Source: an uncultured Rhodobacter sp.
GTDB lineage: Bacteria > Pseudomonadota > Alphaproteobacteria > Rhodobacterales > Rhodobacteraceae
Assembly (NCBI GenBank): GCA_964419305.1
Contig: CAYQPD010000002.1
Coordinates: 1-60,862 of the forward strand
Length of the DNA stretch: 60,862 bases
Direction of reading: 5' to 3'
The position numbers and the translations under genes were made by a program. The notes beneath the pieces are model-generated. The model saw nothing but the letters and a program-made list of their open reading frames with translations, made no database searches and was not told the origin of the DNA. Shown here piece by piece: positions 7,664-16,457 of the stretch (positions are counted from its first letter, which is position 1; each line of letters opens with the position of its first letter).

Positions 7664-7960
7664 TCAGCTCTGCGGCAGATCGCGGTCAAGCGCTTCGAGC
7701 GAACCCACACGGCTGTCGGGCAACTCGATGGTGGCGCAGGTTCCAACCGGAACCAGCTTGAACTCGTTGCCCTGATAGTCAACCTTCGAGGTTCCCGCAC
7801 AGGTGGTGCCAGCGCCAGCCGCGCAATCATTCTGACCCGCCAGGGCCACGCCAAAGCATTTTTCCTTGGCATCTTCAGCCGAAGCCGGGGTGATGAAATG
7901 CGCCGACAGCGCGGCGGCGAGCGCCCCGGCGACAGCGAGAGTCTTGACGTGATTTGACAT
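7664..7960 (-). CDS. bufA: DUF2282-type bufferin precursor (BufA1/GigP-like), promoter-proximal copy
   Basis: ORF track, 98 aa. Sec signal peptide ending PASA/ED. Same core with Cys at 35, 46, 54 and 75. AGGGGA RBS. Confidence 0.8.
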   Translation of the reverse strand: MSNHVKTLAVAGALAAALSAHFITPASAEDAKEKCFGVALAGQNDCAAGAGTTCAGTSKVDYQGNEFKLVPVGTCATIELPDSRVGSLEALDRDLPQS

Positions 7961-7988
7961 GAAATTCCCCTGAGTTGGTCGTCGCCGG

Positions 7989-8017
7989 ATGCGACATGGC
8001 CATTCTTACCCGGTCAA
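7989..8017 (-). promoter_or_regulatory. Candidate sigma70-type promoter of the precursor operon (weak)
   Basis: On the minus strand, TTGACC, then 17 nt, then TCGCAT, about 30-55 nt upstream of the ATG at 7960. The -10 is poor, so this is tentative. Confidence 0.2.
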
Positions 8018-8109
8018 TTCGCTTGCATCCACTCACATAACCGTGCGGCACGATGGCGTGACTAACTGAAATAAAACAACTATTTTTGCAAACCAAGTGT
8101 AACGAGATG

Positions 8110-8131
8110 AAAAAGCGCCGAGTAGCGGCAC
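8110..8131 (-). terminator. Probable weak intrinsic terminator after thrS
   Basis: Minus strand reads GUGCCG-CUACU-CGGCGC (6-bp stem with one G.U) followed by UUUUU, about 27 nt after the thrS TAA. A T5 run on the + strand flanks the other side. Confidence 0.4.
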
Positions 8132-8157
8132 TTTTTATTCGGAATCAAGGATTTATC

Positions 8158-10104
8158 TTAGCGCTGGTCGGGGGCACGCGCCTCGGCGGCAAGCTGCACC
8201 AGAATTTCGGCCAGGCTTGCGCTGTCGGTGCGGGTCTCGCCCAGGCGGCGGACCGAGACCGAACGCTCGGCCACCTCGCGTTGCCCGATCGCCAGGATCA
8301 CCGGCACCTTGCCGACCGAATGTTCGCGCACCTTGTAGTTGATCTTCTCGTTGCGCACGTCGGCCTCGGCGCGCAACCCCAAGCCGCGCAAGCCCGCCAC
8401 GATTTCCTGCACGTAAGCGTCGGCGTCCGACACGATCGAGGCCACCACCACCTGCCGCGGGGCCAGCCAGAACGGCAGCTTGCCGGCGTAATGTTCGATC
8501 AAGATGCCGATGAAGCGCTCGAAACTGCCCAGGATGGCGCGGTGCAGCATGTAGGGGCGGTGTTTGGCCCCATCTTCGCCGATGTATTCGGCGTCCAGCC
8601 GGGTCGGCAGGTTGCCGTCAACCTGAAAGGTGCCGCACTGCCACTTGCGCCCGATCGCATCGGTCAGCTTGAAATCAAGCTTGGGCCCGTAGAACGCGCC
8701 CTCGCCGGGATCGACCTCGTAGGCGTTGCCGGTGTGGCGGATCGCCTGCTCCAGCGCCGACTCGAGCATGTCCCAGGTTTCATCCGATCCGATCCGCACC
8801 GCAGGCCGGGTTGACAGCTTGATCTCGAACGTCTCGAACCCAAGGTCGCGGTAGATGCTGGACAGCAGCGTGATGAAATCGGCGCATTCCGACTCGATCT
8901 GGTCGGCGGTGCAGAAGATATGGGCATCGTCCTGGGTAAAGCCGCGCACCCGCATCAGCCCGTGCATCGAGCCCGAGGATTCGTAGCGGTGGCAGGAACC
9001 GAATTCCGCCAGCCGCAGCGGCAGGTCGCGGTAGCTTTTCAGGCCCTGATTATAGACCTGCACATGGCAGGGGCAGTTCATCGGCTTCAGCGCGTTGATG
9101 CGCTTTTCCTTGGCGCCTTCTTCATCGACCTCGACGATGAACATGTTCTCGCGGTAGGCCTCCCAGTGGCCCGACTTTTCCCACAGCACCCGGTCCACCA
9201 CTTGCGGGGTGCGGATTTCCTTGTAGCCCGCCGCGCGCTGACGGCGGCGCATGTAGTCTTCCAGCGTGCGGTAGATCGACCAGCCGTTGGGGTGCCAGAA
9301 CACCATGCCGGGGGCTTCTTCCTGCAAATGGAACAGCTCCATTTCCTTGCCCAGACGGCGGTGGTCGCGCTTGGCGGCCTCTTCCAGCATGGTCAGATGG
9401 GCCTTCAGATCGTCACGGTTGCGGAACGCCACGCCGTAGATGCGCTGCAACATCGGGCGGTTGGAATCGCCGCGCCAATAGGCCCCGGCCACGCTCATCA
9501 GCTTGAAGGCATCGGCGGGCACCTGGCCGGTGTGTTGCAGATGCGGCCCGCGGCAGAGGTCTTGCCAGTGCCCGTGCCAATACATCCGCAGCGGTTCATC
9601 GCCGGGAATGCCGGCGATCAGCTCGACCTTGAACGGCTCGCCCCGTTGTTCGTAATAGGCTATTGCCGCCGGACGCTCCCAGACCTCGGTGTGAACAACG
9701 TCGCGCAAGTTGATGATTTCCTTCATGCGCTTTTCGATGGCACCAAGGTCTTCGGGGGTAAAAGGTTCGATTCTGTCAAAATCGTAATACCAGCCATCCT
9801 TGATCACCGGCCCGATCGTGACCTTGACCTCGGGCCAGATCTCCTGCACCGCCCGCGCCATGATGTGGGCAAGGTCGTGGCGGATCAGTTCCAGCGCCGG
9901 GGCGTCATCGTGCATGGTGTGGATGCTGATGCTGGCGTCGGTGGTGATCGGCCATTGCAGATCGTAATGCGCGCCGTTGACCGTGGCCGAAATCGCCTTC
10001 TTGGCCAGACTGGTCGAGATCAAAGCCGCCACTTCGGCAGCCGTGCTGCCGGCGGCAAAACTGCGGCTGGCACCATCGGGAAAGGTCAGGGAAATCTGGG
10101 CCAT
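8158..10104 (-). CDS. thrS: Threonine--tRNA ligase
   Basis: ORF 8158..10176 trimmed to ATG 10104 ([11 protein letters not shown]...). Full-length ThrS similarity covers the TGS, editing, class II core and anticodon-binding regions. Confidence 0.95.
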   Translation of the reverse strand: MAQISLTFPDGASRSFAAGSTAAEVAALISTSLAKKAISATVNGAHYDLQWPITTDASISIHTMHDDAPALELIRHDLAHIMARAVQEIWPEVKVTIGPVIKDGWYYDFDRIEPFTPEDLGAIEKRMKEIINLRDVVHTEVWERPAAIAYYEQRGEPFKVELIAGIPGDEPLRMYWHGHWQDLCRGPHLQHTGQVPADAFKLMSVAGAYWRGDSNRPMLQRIYGVAFRNRDDLKAHLTMLEEAAKRDHRRLGKEMELFHLQEEAPGMVFWHPNGWSIYRTLEDYMRRRQRAAGYKEIRTPQVVDRVLWEKSGHWEAYRENMFIVEVDEEGAKEKRINALKPMNCPCHVQVYNQGLKSYRDLPLRLAEFGSCHRYESSGSMHGLMRVRGFTQDDAHIFCTADQIESECADFITLLSSIYRDLGFETFEIKLSTRPAVRIGSDETWDMLESALEQAIRHTGNAYEVDPGEGAFYGPKLDFKLTDAIGRKWQCGTFQVDGNLPTRLDAEYIGEDGAKHRPYMLHRAILGSFERFIGILIEHYAGKLPFWLAPRQVVVASIVSDADAYVQEIVAGLRGLGLRAEADVRNEKINYKVREHSVGKVPVILAIGQREVAERSVSVRRLGETRTDSASLAEILVQLAAEARAPDQR

Positions 10105-10249
10105 GGTCTGGCTATCCTCGTCGGTTTGGCGCCCACTGAACGCCCGGTTGCGGGTCAAGTGGCGGTGTTCTGGCAAGCAGGGCCGGGAATGTCAACCGGC
10201 TGGCCTGCCTCAAGGCGATGGTTTATAGCAGGGAAAACCGGATATTTTC

Positions 10250-11008
10250 ATGCCAGAACCGCGCACGCTGATCACCCCCCAGGACCGCCGCATCGCCTAT
10301 CACCAGAACCCGGGCTGCAGCCCCGGCGTGGTGTTTCTGGGCGGCTTTGCCTCGGACATGACCGGCACCAAGGCGCAGCACCTGCACGCCTGGGCCGCGC
10401 GCACCGGCCGCGCCTTCCTGCGCTTCGACTATTCCGGCCACGGCGCATCGGGCGGTGATTTCCGCGACGGCGCGATTGGCGACTGGCTGGCCGACGCTCA
10501 AGCCGTGATCGTGGCCCGCACCACCGGTCGGCAGGTGCTGGTCGGCTCGTCGATGGGGGGCTGGATCGCGCTGTTGCTGGCGCGTTTGCTGCCCGACCGG
10601 CTGGCCGGGCTGGTGGGCATCGCGGCCGCCCCGGATTTCACCGAGGACAGCTTGTGGGCCGGGTTTTCCGATGCGCAGAAGGCCGATCTGGCTCAGGGTC
10701 AGGTGGTGTTGCCTTCGGACTACGGCGCGCCCTACATCATCACCCGCCGCCTGATCGAAGACGGTCGTAAGCATCTGGTGCTGCGCGCCCCGTTGGGGCT
10801 GCCTTTTCCGGTGCGCCTTTTGCAGGGCACCGCCGATCGTGACGTTTCGCCCGAGGTGGCGCTGCGCACCCTGGCCCATGCCAGTGGCCCCGACATCCGC
10901 CTGACCCTGGTCAAGGGCGCGGATCACCGATTTTCCACCCCGCAGTGTCTGGCGCTGATCACCGCGCAGATCGCCGAGGTTCTGACCGCAGGAGGTAATG
11001 ATGCGTAG
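10250..11008 (+). CDS. Alpha/beta hydrolase
   Basis: ORF track. VVFLGGFASDM, the nucleophile elbow GSSMGG, and a C-terminal GADH. Confidence 0.75.
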   Translation: MPEPRTLITPQDRRIAYHQNPGCSPGVVFLGGFASDMTGTKAQHLHAWAARTGRAFLRFDYSGHGASGGDFRDGAIGDWLADAQAVIVARTTGRQVLVGSSMGGWIALLLARLLPDRLAGLVGIAAAPDFTEDSLWAGFSDAQKADLAQGQVVLPSDYGAPYIITRRLIEDGRKHLVLRAPLGLPFPVRLLQGTADRDVSPEVALRTLAHASGPDIRLTLVKGADHRFSTPQCLALITAQIAEVLTAGGNDA

Positions 11009-11981
11009 CTTCGGGCGCTGGCTTGGCCGTGGATTGATTTTCCTTTTTCTGCTGTTTCTTGGCCTCTGGGCGGTTCTGCCGACAGATACCGTCGATCGCG
11101 GGATAGCCTTTGACGCCAGCACCTTGCCCGACGATCTTGAGGCATGGCTAGCGACCGAAGAACAGCAGTTTTCCGACATTACGGCGGGCACCGCCAAGCG
11201 CATCCACTGGGCCGGGGCTTTGGGCGAAAAGACCCCGCTGGCGGTGATCTATCTGCACGGCTTTTCCGCCACCTCGCAGGAAATCCAGCCGGTGCCCGCG
11301 CAAGTGGCGCAGGCGCTTGGGGCCAATGTGTTCTATACCCGCCTCACCGGACACGGGCGCGGCGGGGTTGCGCTGGCGGGGGCTACGGCGGGCGACTGGA
11401 TCGAGGATACCGCCGAGGCGCTGGCGATCGGGCGCAGGCTGGGGGATCGGGTGCTGATCCTTGCCACCTCGACCGGCGGCACCCTGGCGGCGATTGCCGC
11501 CACCGACCCGCAGCTTGCGCAAGACCTTGCCGGAGTGGTGCTGATCTCGCCCAACTTCGGGGTCCGACCGCTGGCCGGGAAGATCCTCGATCTGCCGCTG
11601 GCGCGCTATTGGGGGCCGTGGCTGGCGGGGGCCGAGTTCAGCTTTGCCCCCGCCAATGCCGATCAGGCGCGCTACTGGACCACCAGCTACCCCACCGCCG
11701 CGCTGTTTCCGATGGCGGCCCTGGTGCGCCACGCGCGCGAGCTTGACTTCGGCGCGGCCAAGACCCCGGCGCTGTTCGTGGTTGCCGCAGCGGATCAGGT
11801 GGTTGATCCCGCCCGCACCGAAGCGGTGATCGCGGCCTGGGGCGGGCCGGTGCAGGTCGCCCGTCCGGTGCTGGGACCGGGGGACGACCGTTATTCACAT
11901 GTGATCGCGGGCGACATCCTCAGCCCCGGCCAGACCGCCGCGACGGTGGCGCTGATCGTGGCCTGGGCCAAGGGGCTTTAG
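10998..11981 (+). CDS. Membrane-anchored alpha/beta hydrolase (esterase/lysophospholipase-like)
   Basis: ORF track. N-terminal TM segment. YLHGFSATSQE and ATSTGG nucleophile elbow. Overlaps the previous hydrolase gene by 11 nt. Confidence 0.7.
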   Translation: MMRSFGRWLGRGLIFLFLLFLGLWAVLPTDTVDRGIAFDASTLPDDLEAWLATEEQQFSDITAGTAKRIHWAGALGEKTPLAVIYLHGFSATSQEIQPVPAQVAQALGANVFYTRLTGHGRGGVALAGATAGDWIEDTAEALAIGRRLGDRVLILATSTGGTLAAIAATDPQLAQDLAGVVLISPNFGVRPLAGKILDLPLARYWGPWLAGAEFSFAPANADQARYWTTSYPTAALFPMAALVRHARELDFGAAKTPALFVVAAADQVVDPARTEAVIAAWGGPVQVARPVLGPGDDRYSHVIAGDILSPGQTAATVALIVAWAKGL

Positions 11982-11982
11982 C

Positions 11983-13254
11983 TCAGTTGGTCGCAGCCAG
12001 CCGCACGCTGCCCTTCTGCGGTTCGCCCGAATTGGCGTCGATGAAGCGCAACACCAGCGGGCGGATGTTCATGCGCCAGCTTTTGCCGGCAAAGATGCCG
12101 TAGTGCCCGGCCCCCGGCTCTAGGTGATGCGCCTTCTTGCTGTCGGGCAACCCGGTCAGCAGTTTCAGCGCGGCCACGCACTGACCCGGTGCCGAGATAT
12201 CGTCGTTCGCGCCTTCGACGGTTTTCACCGCCACCTGGGTGATCGCACCGATATCGACCTGCCTGCCGCCCACGTTGAACGCGTTGCGGGCGATTTCGCG
12301 GTTCTTGAAAATCCGCTCGACGGTGGACAGATAGAACTCGGCGGTCATGTCCATCACCGCCAGATATTCGTCATAAAAGCGGTTGTGGGCGTCATAGTCC
12401 GAACCCTCGCCCCGCGCGACGCGCATGATCTGCTCGGAAAAGGCCTTGGTATGGCGATCGGAGTTCATCGAGATGAAGCTTTGCAGTTGCAAAAGCCCCG
12501 GATAGACCAGCCGCCCCGCGCCCTTGTGGCTGTAGCCGACGCGCTGAATGGCGATCTGTTCCAGTTGCCCCATGGTGATGCGGCGGCCAAAGTCGGTGAC
12601 ATCGGTGGCGGCGGCATCGGGATCGACCGGCCCGCCGATCAGGGTCAGGCTGCGCGGTTGTGCGGCGGGGTCTTCGGCGGCAAGGTAAGCGGTGGCGGCC
12701 AGCGCCAGCGGGGCGGGTTGGCACACCGCGATCACATGGGTGTCCGGCCCCATGAAGCGCATGAACTCGACCAGATACAGGGTGTAATCCTCGACATCGA
12801 ACTTGCCCGCCGAGACCGGCACGTCGCGCGCGTTCTGCCAGTCGGTGATATAGACATCGCAATCGGGCAGCAGGCTGAGCACGGTCGAGCGCAACAGCGT
12901 GGCATAGTGGCCCGACATCGGTGCCACCAGCAACACCTTGCGCGCCATCGGGCTGCGGCGGCGCACCGAGAAATGCACGAGGTTGCCGAACGGCTTTTCC
13001 ACCACCGGCAGGATGTCCACCAGATGGTCCTGCCCGCCGGTCCCGACGATCGAACGGATGCCCCAGTCGGGCTTGGCGATCATCCGGCCGAAGGTGCGTT
13101 CGGTCACTTCGCCCCAGGCGGCAGTCAGTTGCACCATCGGGTTCATCGACAGCGCAAAGGCCGGATAGGTGGCCATCGCCCGCGCCGTCGCCCCCAGCCA
13201 CGCATTGGTGTTACGCGCCGTTTCCATCAGATCGTAAGTCGCCATATACTTCAT
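11983..13254 (-). CDS. phaZ: Intracellular polyhydroxyalkanoate depolymerase
   Basis: ORF 11983..13608 trimmed to ATG 13254 (MKYMATYDLMETARN...), which has an AAGGAG RBS 6 nt upstream. Full-length similarity to PhaZ of Paracoccus/Rhodobacter type. Confidence 0.9.
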   Translation of the reverse strand: MKYMATYDLMETARNTNAWLGATARAMATYPAFALSMNPMVQLTAAWGEVTERTFGRMIAKPDWGIRSIVGTGGQDHLVDILPVVEKPFGNLVHFSVRRRSPMARKVLLVAPMSGHYATLLRSTVLSLLPDCDVYITDWQNARDVPVSAGKFDVEDYTLYLVEFMRFMGPDTHVIAVCQPAPLALAATAYLAAEDPAAQPRSLTLIGGPVDPDAAATDVTDFGRRITMGQLEQIAIQRVGYSHKGAGRLVYPGLLQLQSFISMNSDRHTKAFSEQIMRVARGEGSDYDAHNRFYDEYLAVMDMTAEFYLSTVERIFKNREIARNAFNVGGRQVDIGAITQVAVKTVEGANDDISAPGQCVAALKLLTGLPDSKKAHHLEPGAGHYGIFAGKSWRMNIRPLVLRFIDANSGEPQKGSVRLAATN

Positions 13255-13324
13255 GAATGTCTCCTTGCCCGGGTGGGGCTTTGGCCGATAACGTCGCTTC
13301 CCAGCCAAGGCAGGTGACGGTATG

Positions 13325-13335
13325 CTGCATAGCAG
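13325..13335. promoter_or_regulatory. PhaR-type box CTGC-N3-GCAG in the phaZ/phaC divergent spacer
   Basis: CTGCataGCAG, ending 25 nt upstream of the phaC ATG (13360). Confidence 0.5.
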
Positions 13336-13359
13336 CGACGATAAGAGGGAAATGGTAAC

Positions 13360-15153
13360 ATGACAACCAAAGACGTTGATGCAGAGGCCCGGCTGGCCCG
13401 TCTGAACGCCAATCTGGCCAAGGTTGACACCCTCTCGAAGCGGCTTGCAGCCGCCATGACGCAACGTAAATCGGTTGATCAGGCGCTGAATGGCCCCAGT
13501 GACGAGCTTTATCTCAAGGCTGCCACCGCCTATGTGGCAGAAATGATGCAGAACCCGGCAAAGATTCTGGAACACCAGATCGGCTACTGGGGCAAGAGCC
13601 TGAAACACTATGTCGAGGCCCAGCAGGCACTATCTAAAGGCGAGTTGAAAGCCCCGCCCGATCCGACCCCCAAGGACAAGCGATTCGCCAACCCGCTGTG
13701 GGAGACCCACCCCTTCTTCAACTATCTCAAGCAGCAATACCTGCTGAACGCCGAGGCCATCACCGGCGCGGTGGCGGGGCTGGATAACCTTGAGGCCGCC
13801 GACCGCAAGCGGCTTGAATATTTCTCGCGCCAGATCGTGGACATGTTCGCGCCAACCAATTTTCTTGGCACCAACCCCGACGCGCTGGAACGCGCGGTCG
13901 AAACCGATGGCGAAAGCCTGGTGCAGGGGCTGGAAAATCTGGTGCGCGACATCGAGGCCAACAACGGCAATCTGCTGGTGACGCTGGCCGATCAGCACGC
14001 CTTCACGGTGGGTCAGAACCTGGGCACCAGCCCCGGCGCTGTGGTTTACCGCAACAAGATGCTCGAGCTGATCCAGTATGCACCAACCACGCCGACGGTG
14101 CACACGACCCCCCTGCTGATCTTTCCGCCGTGGATCAACAAGTTCTACATTCTCGATCTCAAACCCGAAAACAGCCTGATCAAGTGGATCGTCGATCAGG
14201 GCTACACCCTGTTCGTGGTCAGTTGGGTCAACCCGGATGCCTCTTATGCCGAGGTCGGCATGGATGACTACATCCGCGACGGCTATCTGCGCGCCATGGC
14301 CGAGGTGCGCCGCATCACCGGCGAGGAGCAGATCAACGTGGTTGGTTACTGCATCGCGGGCACCACCCTGGCGCTGACCCTGGCGCACCTGGAACGGGCG
14401 GGCGACACCACGGTCAAATCCGCCACCTTCTTCACCACCCTGACCGATTTTTCCGATCCGGGTGAAGTGGGCGTCTTTCTCGACAATGATTTTGTCGATG
14501 GCATCGAGCGTCAGGCGGCGGTGGACGGGGTGCTGGCCAAGACCTTCATGTCGCGCACCTTCAGCTTTCTGCGCTCGAATGATCTGATCTACCAGCCTGC
14601 GATCAAAAGCTACATGATGGGCGAGGCACCCCCGGCCTTCGATCTGCTTTACTGGAACGGCGACGGCACCAACCTGCCGGCCAGGATGGCGGTCGAATAC
14701 CTGCGCGGCCTGTGCCAGCGCGACGATTTCGCGCAAGGTCGCTTTCCGGTATTCGGCAAGCCGGTCGGCCCGGCCATGATCACCTTGCCGATCTGCGCCA
14801 TCGCCTGCGAGACTGACCATATCGCGGCCTGGAAAAGCTCGTATAACGGCTTCACGCGTTTTGCCTCGACCGACAAGACCTTCATCCTGTCGCAGTCGGG
14901 CCATATCGCGGGCATCGTCAATCCGCCCACCAAGAACAAGTATGGCCACTACACCAGCAAGGCCGCGATGACGACGCCAGACGCGTTCAAGGCCGGGGCG
15001 ACCTTTCATCAGGGCTCGTGGTGGCCACGCTGGGAAAAATGGCTGGCCAGGCGCGCGGGCGCGATGATTCCCGCCCGCATCCCCGGTGATTCGACCAACC
15101 CGGTGCTGGCCCCGGCCCCCGGCACCTACGTTAGTGCAACGCCAACCCCCTGA
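13360..15153 (+). CDS. phaC: Class I poly(R)-hydroxyalkanoate synthase
   Basis: ORF track, 597 aa. Lipase-box-like GYCIAG. AGAGGGA RBS. Full-length PhaC similarity. Confidence 0.95.
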   Translation: MTTKDVDAEARLARLNANLAKVDTLSKRLAAAMTQRKSVDQALNGPSDELYLKAATAYVAEMMQNPAKILEHQIGYWGKSLKHYVEAQQALSKGELKAPPDPTPKDKRFANPLWETHPFFNYLKQQYLLNAEAITGAVAGLDNLEAADRKRLEYFSRQIVDMFAPTNFLGTNPDALERAVETDGESLVQGLENLVRDIEANNGNLLVTLADQHAFTVGQNLGTSPGAVVYRNKMLELIQYAPTTPTVHTTPLLIFPPWINKFYILDLKPENSLIKWIVDQGYTLFVVSWVNPDASYAEVGMDDYIRDGYLRAMAEVRRITGEEQINVVGYCIAGTTLALTLAHLERAGDTTVKSATFFTTLTDFSDPGEVGVFLDNDFVDGIERQAAVDGVLAKTFMSRTFSFLRSNDLIYQPAIKSYMMGEAPPAFDLLYWNGDGTNLPARMAVEYLRGLCQRDDFAQGRFPVFGKPVGPAMITLPICAIACETDHIAAWKSSYNGFTRFASTDKTFILSQSGHIAGIVNPPTKNKYGHYTSKAAMTTPDAFKAGATFHQGSWWPRWEKWLARRAGAMIPARIPGDSTNPVLAPAPGTYVSATPTP

Positions 15154-15199
15154 TCTTTCGTGATGTTCTTGCCCGCCCCCGGCACAACTCAGGGAAATG

Positions 15200-15238
15200 C
15201 TGCACCGCAGAAATTTTACTTGCAATTCTGCAGTGCAG
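15200..15238. promoter_or_regulatory. Two PhaR-type boxes (CTGC-N3-GCAG) upstream of phaP
   Basis: CTGCaccGCAG (15200-15210) and CTGCagtGCAG (15228-15238). They sit inside a larger inverted repeat GCTGCAC(C/T)GCAGAA with 14-nt arms (15199-15212 and 15226-15239). The second box ends 56 nt upstream of the phaP ATG. Confidence 0.6.
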
Positions 15239-15294
15239 CATCTATATAGGGTGCATCAGAACACCGGACCGACCCGGACATATGGAGCAAGCAA

Positions 15295-15747
15295 ATGACC
15301 AAGAACACCGACTTCACCAAAGTCATGCAAGACATGATGGCCTCTTTCCCGGTTGACACCGCGGCCCTGCAAAACGCCTTCAAGACCCAATCGGCGATGG
15401 CCGAGAAGTTCTCGAAAGTGGCGCTGGAAGCCGCCGAGAAATCGACCGAAGTCACCGCCAAGTGGACCAAGGACACCATCGCCAAGCTGGCCGATGCCTC
15501 GAAGGCCAAGGCCGAACCGACCGATTACGCCAAGGCGATCAGCGATTTCACTTCGGCCGCCACCGAAATGACCGCCGAAAATCTGGCCTCCTTCGCCGAA
15601 ATCGCGAAGAAGGTTCAGATGGAAACCGTCGAGCTGATGCTGGCGGCCGGCAAGGACATCTCGGAAGATGCCACCGCTGCGGTCAAGAAGGCCACCGTCG
15701 AAGTCAGCAACGTCGCCAAGAAGGCCGCCGCTGCCGCCGCGAAGTGA
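15295..15747 (+). CDS. phaP: Phasin (PHA granule-associated protein)
   Basis: ORF track. Ala/Lys/Glu-rich helical phasin-like sequence. GGAG RBS. Position between phaC and phaR. Confidence 0.85.
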   Translation: MTKNTDFTKVMQDMMASFPVDTAALQNAFKTQSAMAEKFSKVALEAAEKSTEVTAKWTKDTIAKLADASKAKAEPTDYAKAISDFTSAATEMTAENLASFAEIAKKVQMETVELMLAAGKDISEDATAAVKKATVEVSNVAKKAAAAAAK

Positions 15748-15796
15748 TCTGACGATCAGCCGCGTCCGTCCCATCCTCCCTGGGACAAGATGCGCG

Positions 15797-15826
15797 GGGC
15801 GGGCCTTGTGCCCGCCCTTTCTTTTT
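15797..15826 (+). terminator. Intrinsic terminator after phaP
   Basis: GGGCGGGC-cttgt-GCCCGCCC followed by TTTCTTTTT. Confidence 0.7.
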
Positions 15827-15876
15827 GGAACCACCTGCCCTAGGATTGCTGCACAAGCAAAAAACAGGGGGGCCAG

Positions 15877-16437
15877 ATGGCCAAGACCGCAAAGCCGCTG
15901 CTGATCAAGCGCTATGCCAGCCGCAGGCTTTATAACACCGACACCAGCGACTACGTGACGCTGGAAGACATTGCCGGCTTCATCCGCGCCGGGCGCGAAG
16001 TGCAGATCATCGACCTCAAGACCGGCGACGACCTGACCCGCCAGTATCTCTTGCAGATCGTGGCCGAACACGAGAGCAAGGGCGAAAACGTGTTGCCGGT
16101 GGCGTTGCTGATGGATCTGGTGCGCAGCTATACCACCGAAGTGCAAAGCGTGGTGCCGCAGTTTCTGGCGACCTCGTTCGAGATGTTGCGCAGCGGGCAA
16201 TCGAAAATCATCGAGAACCTGACCGGCCTGCCCAATCCGCTGGCCGCGATGCCGGGCTTTGATGTGATGCGCAAGCAGCAGGCAGCCTTCATGAAAACCA
16301 TGATGGTCGGCGTGCCGGGCTGGACCGCCCCCGATTCCGAGCCCGAAGAAGCCCCTGCCGACCCGACGCCGGCCGACGAGCTGGCCGAGATTCGCAAGGA
16401 ACTGGCGGAGTTGCAGAAAAAACTCGCCAGGCTCTGA
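15877..16437 (+). CDS. phaR: PHA synthesis repressor PhaR
   Basis: ORF track. The N-terminus LLIKRYASRRLYNTDTSDYVTLEDIAGFIRAGREVQIID is characteristic of PhaR. An imperfect box CTGCacaAGCA lies at 15849-15859 upstream. Confidence 0.9.
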   Translation: MAKTAKPLLIKRYASRRLYNTDTSDYVTLEDIAGFIRAGREVQIIDLKTGDDLTRQYLLQIVAEHESKGENVLPVALLMDLVRSYTTEVQSVVPQFLATSFEMLRSGQSKIIENLTGLPNPLAAMPGFDVMRKQQAAFMKTMMVGVPGWTAPDSEPEEAPADPTPADELAEIRKELAELQKKLARL

Positions 16438-16457
16438 TCCGACCAGGGGGCCGCAGC

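Noticed and set aside
8920-10458. A long + strand ORF (512 aa) opposite thrS. Similar long ORFs lie opposite real genes, e.g. 13630..15225-, 15256..16530-, 30656..32410+, 39821..41350+, 42306..43745+, 45070..46818+, 48853..50448+, 52712..54685+ and 54914..56347+.
   Set aside because: These are antisense shadows of well-supported genes in high-GC DNA. Their translations are Arg/Gly/His/Pro-rich and low in complexity, with no recognisable family and the wrong GC3 pattern.
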